A stretch of DNA of 9,958 nucleotides from Octopus sinensis. Its lineage: Eukaryota. A program made the translations under genes and the position numbers. The notes under the pieces are model-generated. The model had not been told where the DNA came from. It saw only the letters and a list, made by a program, of their open reading frames with translations, and did not search any database. Within the stretch, counting starts at the first letter, position 1. The number at the start of each line of letters is the position of its first letter. The stretch is from assembly GCF_006345805.1 (NCBI RefSeq), contig NW_021827765.1:1-9958 (forward strand), in the 5' to 3' direction. Positions 1 to 6,795 of this stretch are shown here, piece by piece.

Positions 1-93
1 GACGGAATTTAAACTTAGACTGTAAAGACAGACGGAATAAATACCGCTAAGCATTTAGTCCGGCGCGGTAACAATTCTACTAATTTGCTGTCT
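1..93 (-). mobile_element. 5' (tRNA-like head) fragment of a SINE, cut by the window edge; same family as 5011-5251
   Basis: Reverse complement reads ...cagcaaattagtagaattgttaccgcgccggactaaatgcttagcggtattt...tctaagtttaaattccgtc, which aligns by eye with the head of the copy at 5170-5251 (ctggcagaatcgttaccacatcagacaaagtgcttaatgacattt...gagttcaaattctgc). Confidence 0.7.
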
Positions 94-755
94 TACGGAC
101 TGTTATGTTAATAGAATTAAATATATGTAAAAAGAGAGTTTTCCTGCACATTCCATAGAAATATATATTAAATAATCAAATCCGCTGCTAACTCTCTGAA
201 TTCAGCTAAAATATATTCACATTCACTTGATTATTAACAAGGGTTGTAACAAGTAGCCAAAGTATTTATTGATTGTGTAAACGTTTACACCAGGCAAATT
301 ACACCATAGTCAACAGACGGAATATAATTATCAAACTATGCTACCGGTTTCAATCATTTTTACGAGATTTTTGTCATGCTGTAAGAGAAGGAGGCATGCA
401 TTGAAATGATTAAATATTCCATGATATCAGTTCTAGTAGTTACCATGTATTTCTTGCAAGTTGACATGGAACTGGTTGCTTTTTTTCTTCTTTATGATAA
501 TAGCAGTGGCGGAGTAATAGTAACTGTCTAAGCACTGTTAGACAGTTTTTGTTCTTTGCTGGTAATGTTAGTATTAAGTAGTGGCTATACACTCACAGAC
601 ATACACACAAACATACATATACATACAGTTCATTTGATACATTAGAAAAACGACATACATTCATAATGAACTTCTAGATAGTTTTTTTCTCAAAAAAGTC
701 ATGATGTTGACATCTAGAAGGCATTCTGTCATATGTTCGTATAATTATGAATATA

Positions 756-791
756 TACTACTACTATACTACTACTACTACTATACTACTA

Positions 792-841
<50 letters not shown>

Positions 842-874
842 ACTGCTATTGCTGCTGCTGCTGCTACTACTACT

Positions 875-923
<49 letters not shown>

Positions 924-925
924 TC

Positions 926-974
<49 letters not shown>

Positions 975-1078
975 GAAGAAGAAGAAGAAAGAAGAAGAAG
1001 AAGAAGAAGATGAAGAATGATAATAATGATGATAATAATAATGATGATGATGATGATGATACCGCTGCTTCTGCTGCT
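756..1078. repeat. Compound trinucleotide microsatellite (TAC)n-(TGC)n-(TAC)n-(AAT)n-(AGA/AAG)n-(GAT)n
   Basis: Directly visible. It explains the homopolymeric ORFs 701-1246, 747-1013, 781-1218 and 1017-1208. Confidence 0.97.
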
Positions 1079-1157
1079 AACTGTTTCCTTTTTTTTTGGG
1101 GGGGGGGTCTTGTTTCAAACTCAACTTTTGCTTTCTCGATTGTTTTTTTCCTTTGTC

Positions 1158-1338
1158 TCTTACTTGTATCACTCATTAGACTGCAGCCATTCTGGAGCAC
1201 AACCTTGATTGGTTTCATCGAACAAACCGACCTCGATGTTTATTGATTTTTTTTTTAAAGTCAGGTATTTATTTTATCGATCTCCCATAAAGAACTGCTA
1301 AGCTACTCGAACACAAACAAATACTGGTTGTCAAGCGA
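1158..1338 (-). mobile_element. Diverged 3' half of the SINE family represented at 5995-6444
   Basis: tacttgtatcactcattagactgcagccattctggagcac is the reverse complement of the tail seen at about 6384-6422 (gtgctccagcatggccgcagtctaatgactgaatcaagta). ctggttgtcaagc matches gcttgacaaccg at about 6258. A CA-rich tract follows at about 1375-1432, where that family carries its internal microsatellite. Confidence 0.8.
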
Positions 1339-1631
1339 GAGATTACAAACAAAACAAAAAAACAAAGACGCACAAAGCCCATACGCACACAAATACACGC
1401 ACACACTCACTCATGCTCACACACACACACACTAATATCATACTTTTTCTCGCTGGATTAAGCGTTCGTTTCTCATTTTGTCTCAATTTTATTTTTGGAT
1501 CTTCTATATATATGAAGAATTTTCCTCCGTCTGGCTAAATTTCTCTCTACAATACGGAACAGTTTTGCATTATGGAACTGCCATTTTAACGAGATTTTGT
1601 ATATATTTATCACCCTACGAGATACGTCTGC

Positions 1632-1688
1632 ACTACCAGATGCCACAAGAGGAATCGATGCTAGATGTGTCGAAACAATTGTTGTGGT
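1632..1688 (+). ncRNA. Degenerate type-I hammerhead-ribozyme-like motif (PLE-type), probably a Penelope terminal relic
   Basis: Stem I ACUAC(1632-36)/GUGGU(1684-88). Core CAGAUGC instead of CUGAUGA. Stem II ACA/UGU (1645-47/1668-70). GAA, then the perfect palindrome ACAAUUGU as stem III, with a GUU cleavage triplet. A T-rich tail runs into (TA)n. Confidence 0.5.
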
Positions 1689-1737
1689 TGATAATATATT
1701 CTCGTATATTCCATCTTCTGTCTGTCATTTGTTTTTA

Positions 1738-1739
1738 TA

Positions 1740-1789
<50 letters not shown>
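1738..1789. repeat. (TA)n microsatellite flanking the partial-tandem element
   Basis: Directly visible. Confidence 0.97.
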
Positions 1790-1794
1790 ACAAT

Positions 1795-1848
1795 AATAAA
1801 TCTCTGAACGAGATATAAACAGTAACCGCTCGACAACGTAAGGGTATT
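1795..1848 (+). ncRNA. Degenerate hammerhead-like motif, copy 1
   Basis: aataaatct | CUGA(A)CGA | g...ctc | GA(C)AA | CGU A | agggtatt. Palindromic ACGU stem III and imperfect stem I. Confidence 0.45.
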
Positions 1849-2146
1849 AGCCATCTGAATGTGGCTAGCCACTGGGGCGGGTGTTACTGATGCTTTTAGC
1901 CCCAGGCGATCAACGTCACCAGAAGGACTTTAGACACTATCTCAGTGCCCTTGTGTTATTTGCAAAGGGAGGTCATCCTCCCTCGAAGACCCGAGTACTA
2001 CATACGGACTATAGTTTCAAGGTAATTGCCTCTCGTCAACGCATGGTAAGCAGCGGTCTTCGATGAAGGAGTCCCCTTGCAAATAATATATAACGTTTTT
2101 CACAGTAACCACTGTCACTGATGTAGAAAAACTGTCTGAAAACAAT

Positions 2147-2201
2147 AATAAATCTCTGAACGAGATATAAACAGTAACCGCTCGACAACGTAAGGGGTAT
2201 T
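2147..2201 (+). ncRNA. Degenerate hammerhead-like motif, copy 2
   Basis: Same as copy 1. Stem I aataaatct/aggggtatt pairs at 7 of 9 positions, including one G-U. Confidence 0.45.
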
Positions 2202-2427
2202 AGCCATCTGAATGTGGCTAGCCACTGGGGCGGGTGTTACTGATGCTTTTAGCCCCAGGCGATCAACGTCACCAGAAGGAGTTTAGACACTATCTCAGTG
2301 CCCTTGTGTTATTTGCAAAGGGAGGTCATCCTCCCTCGAAGACCCGAGTACTACATACGGACTATAGTTTTTACTATAACCCCCCCCCCAGTGGCTAGCC
2401 ACATTCAGATGGCTAATACCCCTTACG

Positions 2428-2488
<61 letters not shown>

Positions 2489-2555
2489 ATATATTATATA
2501 TATATACATACATATATACATACATATATAATACCATTACATAAATATATATATA
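2428..2555. repeat. (TA)n/(TACA) microsatellite
   Basis: Directly visible. Confidence 0.95.
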
Positions 2556-2602
2556 AAAAGAGCAATAAAGATTCAGTTAATTTAAAAAATTACTTGAATA
2601 TG

Positions 2603-2727
2603 TTACCTAACTTGAATTCATCCCCGAGGCTTTAGCCACCTCGGGGTTATAGTAAAAAAATTTGCTTGCCTACTGGGACTGAACCATAAACCACGTAGAT
2701 AGAAAATGAGTTTCTAAACTACACAGA
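2603..2727 (-). mobile_element. Diverged 5' fragment (tRNA head plus CORE-like part) of the SINE family at 5995-6444
   Basis: Reverse complement ctgtgtagtttagaaactcattttctatctacgtggtttatggttcagtcccagtaggcaagcaaatttttttactataaccccgaggtggctaaagcctcgggg aligns with ctgtgtggtaagtagcttgcttaccaaccacatggttccgggttcagtcccact...ggcaagtgtcttctactatagcctcgggccgaccaaagccttgtgag. Confidence 0.65.
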
Positions 2728-2894
2728 CATTCTTGAGTCTATACGAGCTTTTAAATACTTGCACATTTCTTAGCAGAACAAGAAATTAGAAACAGTATAA
2801 ATGATATTTCCCATAAACTCGAATTGTTTATTTCTTGTTCAGCTATTTATATTATTTTATGCAGCTATGCCTGAAAAACAAAAGAAAAAAAATC

Positions 2895-3081
2895 CCTTTG
2901 AAGACGATTCTAGGCGACATAATTACCTGTTGATTGAATCTTGGCAGACAATACGAAAATGTTTTGCGAAAACGTCACCAAGTATCTGGGAAATAAATTC
3001 TAGACGTTGGCAATAATAAGAACAGAAATATTGGCAAATGTCCTGGGGATGCCAGACGAGGATGTCACTAAGGTAATTATA
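2895..3081 (+). pseudogene. Possible decayed non-LTR (CR1/L2-like) reverse transcriptase fragment; alternatively contains a 69-nt exon (3004-3072)
   Basis: One frame gives PLKTILGDIIT (compare PQGSILGPLLF). After a frameshift the reading is ILADNTKMFCENVTKYLGNKF*TLAIIRTEILANVLGMPDEDVTKVII, resembling the FADDTKL...LQ.DL...M.FN..K.KV region with similar spacing. TAG|...AAG|GTAATT also frames an open phase-0 exon. Confidence 0.3.
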
Positions 3082-3094
3082 TATAAATATGCAT

Positions 3095-3235
3095 GTCAGA
3101 ATGTGTACGTATATTTGCATGTATGTATATGTATGTTGTATGTATTCATATATAATTATATGTATATAAATTTATATACATATATATAAATCTATCTTAT
3201 ATATATATAAATTTATATATATATATATATAAATT

Positions 3236-3267
<32 letters not shown>

Positions 3268-3350
3268 TAGATACAGATATATGCATATATATAATATATA
3301 TAGATTATAATATATATACTATCTATACATACATATATGTACATATATAT

Positions 3351-3392
<42 letters not shown>

Positions 3393-3593
3393 TATACATA
3401 CATATATGTACATATATATGTATATATATATATATATAATATACATATATATACATACCTATATGTACATATCTATGTATATATATGCATTTATATATAT
3501 ATATCTATACTATATATACACAGACATATATGTCATATATTGTATATATAAATATTATATATATATATATATAATACATACTATATTAACATA

Positions 3594-3649
<56 letters not shown>

Positions 3650-3670
3650 GCATACAACATGTATGTATAT
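3095..3670. repeat. Long degenerate (TA)n/(TACA)n microsatellite
   Basis: Directly visible. It is the source of the YI-repeat ORFs. Confidence 0.95.
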
Positions 3671-3932
3671 GTGCTTATTTATTCATACTTAAATGCACAG
3701 TTGCATGCAAGACGGGATGGTGTTAGAAAAGCTTTAATTACACTGAATAATTCATATTAAGTAATTTGTGAAGGAGGCTACTATAATGTATACAACAGCG
3801 TCAGAAACTTATACATACATTGATGAGAGGCAGTCAGGTGCGTGGTTAGGTTTGTAAGACAAAACAAATAGAATTTTCATAGTTTATATTCTATAACATC
3901 AAGGACCTTTCACATGGCAGAAGGAACTGGAC

Positions 3933-4210
3933 AGAGAGAGAGAGTGAGAGGAGAGAAGAGATAATTATATAAAAGCGTAGGCAATCATACTGCATATATA
4001 TATATATAGCACACACACACATATATATATATATATATAGTATAGTATATATATATATATATGTGTGTGTGTTGTGTGTGTGTGGTGTGTGTATATATAA
4101 TATATATATCATAATATATATATATGTATGGTATATAATATATATATATATATATAATGCATGTATGATTGCCTACGCATTTATATAATTACTTCTCTCT
4201 CTCTCTCTTC
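3933..4210. repeat. About 280-bp foldback: mirrored microsatellites around a 29-bp unique inverted core
   Basis: 3962-3990 taattatataaaagcgtaggcaatcatac matches the reverse complement of 4163-4191 at 28/29. Outer (GA)n/(TC)n and inner (TA)(CA)(TA)/(TA)(TG)(TA) tracts are also mirrored. Confidence 0.85.
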
Positions 4211-4217
4211 TATAATA

Positions 4218-4283
<66 letters not shown>

Positions 4284-4296
4284 AACACACACACAC

Positions 4297-4334
<38 letters not shown>

Positions 4335-4460
4335 CATATACATATATATAAAGGATTGTGTTAAAATCCTCGTTCGACTCCATTCTTTTATTCATTTTAA
4401 ACATATATATATATATATGTATGTATTTAGATATATACACACACATATATATGTATGTGT
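4211..4460. repeat. (TA)n/(CA)n microsatellite
   Basis: Directly visible. Confidence 0.9.
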
Positions 4461-5010
4461 GTTTGTATGTTTACTCTGCAGGCGTTTGTGTATGTGTTTA
4501 AAACTCCATGCCACCGTGTGCGTATGAATTCCTTTAATTAGTATAATATACATACAAAAAAAAAATATATATATATATATACATTTCGAAATACAATTCT
4601 AATGTTTTCTTAACTGTTAAGTATTTCATACCTTTTAGTTTCAGGGTCTCCAACCTTACTCTTCATTTCGTCTACAGTTGACATATAATTATATAATTTG
4701 AATAATTTTATTCCTTTTGTTTTCATTTTATATTATTTTTTACTTAGAAGTCTGCAGATCCATTTTCCTAAGTACAAATGATTTTTTTCATTTGGTTTCA
4801 TATTTCGTTTGTTATTTATGTTCGTTTCCTACTAATGTTGGCATTGACGCTTCTATATTTCAATTTACGAGCTATGAGTAAAACAACACTCAACTTTTAA
4901 AAGCTTCGTTCCGCCAACCCTGCTCAGAGTTTTCGAGACAGCAATTTTATGGCTTTAATCTTCAATATAAGGGTTTCGAGTTCTAGCTTCAAGTGCCTGT
5001 ATAAAATTCT

Positions 5011-5251
5011 GCTTCAAATTCGGAAAAAAATTGTACAGAAACTATTGCACTGTTGCGACATATCTAGCTTTTGAGAGAAGTGGGGCATTCGACTAATTAT
5101 TTTATCGACCTAAGTGCTCAACTGGTACTTATTTTTGTCGACGCCGAAAGGGAAGAAAAACAAAGTCAACTTCAGCAGAATTTGAACTCACGGACGAAAT
5201 GTCATTAAGCACTTTGTCTGATGTGGTAACGATTCTGCCAGATCACCGCTT
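5011..5251 (-). mobile_element. tRNA-derived SINE, diverged, near full length
   Basis: Reverse complement starts gcggtgatctggcagaatcgttacc (A-box-like) ... gagttcaaattc (B-box-like) ... cctttcggcgtcgacaaaaataagtaccagttgagcac. The pattern matches an abundant octopus SINE as I recall it. A second copy lies at 1-93. Confidence 0.8.
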
Positions 5252-5264
5252 TAAGCTTACATAT

Positions 5265-5647
5265 TGGAAGCACTCCGTCGGTTACGACGACGCGGGTTCC
5301 GGTTGATCCGAATCAACGGAACAGCCTGCTCGTGAAATTAACGTGTAAGTGGCTGAGCACTCCACAGCCACGTGTACCCTTAACGTAGTTCTCGGGGATA
5401 TTCAGCGTGACACAGAGAGTGACAAGACCGGCCCTTTGAAGTACAGGTAAAACAGAAACAGGAAGTAAGAGTGAGAAAGTTGTGGTGAAAGAGTACAGCA
5501 GGGATCACCACCATCCCCTGCCGGAGCTCGTGGAGCTTTTAGGTGTTTTCGCTCAATAAACACTCATAACGCCCGGTCTGGGAATCGAAACCGCGATCCT
5601 ATGAACGCGAGTCCGCTGCCTTAACCACTGGGCCTTTGCGCCTCCAC
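5265..5647 (-). mobile_element. Full-length tRNA-derived SINE with 13-bp target-site duplication
   Basis: On the minus strand the A-box is ggcccagtggttaagg (5619-5634) and the B-box is ggtttcgattccc (5580-5592). The body is GC-rich. Identical TAAGCTTACATAT flanks lie at 5252-5264 and 5648-5660. Confidence 0.92.
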
Positions 5648-5928
5648 TAAGCTTACATATATAATATTGGTTTCAAATTTTCGACAATTTTTATGGTTTG
5701 AAATACTTAAACATTTTCAAACGTTGACATAGAAAAATATCGCAAACACCTAGGTACATTGTCAGGTTCTGAGGAATTTTGGGGTTGGTACTATGGGCGA
5801 TTACAGCCCCTGTGAGCATATATGTATACATTTATGTGCTTTTCCTACAGCATTAGAATATTTTAGCGCTTATTTCTAGCAATGTAGATGTCTTACGACC
5901 CTTAGTCGCCTTCAATGACATATTTCGT

Positions 5929-5966
5929 CATGTCCAAATCCAAATGACTGAAACAAGTGAAAGAAT
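5929..5966 (+). mobile_element. 5'-truncated SINE/LINE tail fragment
   Basis: catgtccaaatccaaatgactgaaacaagtgaaaga matches the tail at about 6392-6427. Confidence 0.6.
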
Positions 5967-5994
5967 ATATACATATATATACATATATATCCAT

Positions 5995-6444
5995 GGCTGT
6001 GTGGTAAGTAGCTTGCTTACCAACCACATGGTTCCGGGTTCAGTCCCACTGCGTAACACCTTGGGCAAGTGTCTTCTACTATAGCCTCGGGCCGACCAAA
6101 GCCTTGTGAGTGGATTTGGTAGACGGAAACTGAAAGAAGCCCGTCGTATACATATATATATGTATGTGTGTATGTGTGTGTGTGCGTGTGTGTGTTTGTG
6201 TATGTATGTATGTATGTATGTATATCTTTGTGGGGCTGTGTTTGTCCCCCGATCATTGCTTGACAACCGACGCCGGTGTGTTTACGTTCCCGTAACTTAG
6301 CGGTTCGGCAAATGAGACTGATAGAATAAGTACTAAGCTTACAAATAATAAGTCTTGGGATCACTTTGCTCGACTAAAGGCGGTGCTCCAGCATGGCCGC
6401 AGTCTAATGACTGAATCAAGTAAAAGAATAAAAGAGTAAAGAGT
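5995..6444 (+). mobile_element. Full-length tRNA-derived CORE-type SINE with internal (TA)/(TG)/(TATG) microsatellite
   Basis: Head ggctgtgtggtaag, B-box-like gggttcagtccc (6036-6047), CORE-like accttgggcaagtgtctt (6058-6075), internal microsatellite at about 6147-6228, and a tail ending in short AAAGAGT-type repeats. Confidence 0.9.
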
Positions 6445-6464
6445 ATACACATATATATATATAG

Positions 6465-6670
6465 TTAATCCAAACAAGAAAACATAAAAACAAAAAAAAA
6501 CAAAAAAACAAAAACAACGCGAGGACGTGGAACAAATAAAGTATTATTGGACGCTCAGGAAAGAAGGGAAGAAGTAGGGTTTAACGTTTCGAGCGGAGCT
6601 CTTCTTCGGAAAGATCCCGAGAAGGGAAGACAGAGGAAAAAAATCGCCAGTGGTACTCACGATGTCTCAT
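6465..6670 (-). mobile_element. Penelope-like element terminal (pseudo-LTR) relic
   Basis: Contains the minimal hammerhead at 6580-6612 followed on the minus strand by a pyrimidine/T-rich tail. (TA)n bounds both sides. No RT or GIY-YIG ORF remains. Confidence 0.7.
6580..6612 (-). ncRNA. Minimal type-I hammerhead ribozyme motif (PLE-type), U4C core variant
   Basis: Minus strand: UUU | CCGAAGA | A | GAGC-UCC-GCUC | GAA | ACGU | U | AAA. It has a 4-bp stem II, a palindromic ACGU stem III and a 3-bp stem I. Confidence 0.7.
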
Positions 6671-6695
6671 ATATATATATATATAACTAAAAATA

Positions 6696-6742
6696 AGGGT
6701 GTCTAAGAGACACCACCATGCCGAAATAGCAGTCAAAACCCT
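6696..6742 (+). ncRNA. Degenerate hammerhead-like motif in the left inverted arm (mirror copy at 6941-6986 on the minus strand)
   Basis: agggtgt | CUAAGA | GACA-ccacca-UGCC | GAAA | uagca | GUC | aaaaccct. The core is one nucleotide short and stems I and II are imperfect. Confidence 0.35.
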
Positions 6743-6795
6743 GATTTTAAAAACCATGTTCTGCATATATATCTGTATTTATGTACTTTTGATAT

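Larger units (their letters stand above)
1789..2429 (+). mobile_element. Non-coding partial-tandem element (352-nt period) with hammerhead-like motif and inverted 3' end; candidate Penelope pseudo-LTR or retrozyme-like element
   Basis: Direct repeats 1789-2017 and 2141-2370 differ only by one G indel and one C/G substitution. 2386-2429 is the perfect reverse complement of 2187-2230 (44 bp). (TA)n tracts flank both sides. No credible ORF. Confidence 0.65.

Noticed and set aside
701-1246. 181-aa ORF and overlapping ORFs with homopolymer runs
   Set aside because: They are open only because trinucleotide repeats lack stops. Both strands and several frames are open, and the 3' end runs into a SINE relic.
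2021-2075. HDV-like L3 hairpin TTG-CCTCTCGT-CAA inside the monomer
   Set aside because: No convincing P2 or J4/2 motif is present, and the flanks are better explained by the long hairpin 1956-2086.
2867-3016. Globin A-helix-like peptide LLIESWQTIRKCFAKTSPSIW
   Set aside because: The conserved B-helix Gly and Phe are missing, there is no donor at the usual B12.2 position, and the frame stops at 3016.
3120-4364. Multiple YI/IY-repeat ORFs (similar ones occur at 2295-2537, 6946-7469, 7611-8394 and 8994-9935)
   Set aside because: They are translations of (TA)n, (CA)n and (GATA)n microsatellites.
5928-6364. 112-115 aa ORFs on the minus strand
   Set aside because: They lie wholly within the SINE and its internal microsatellite.
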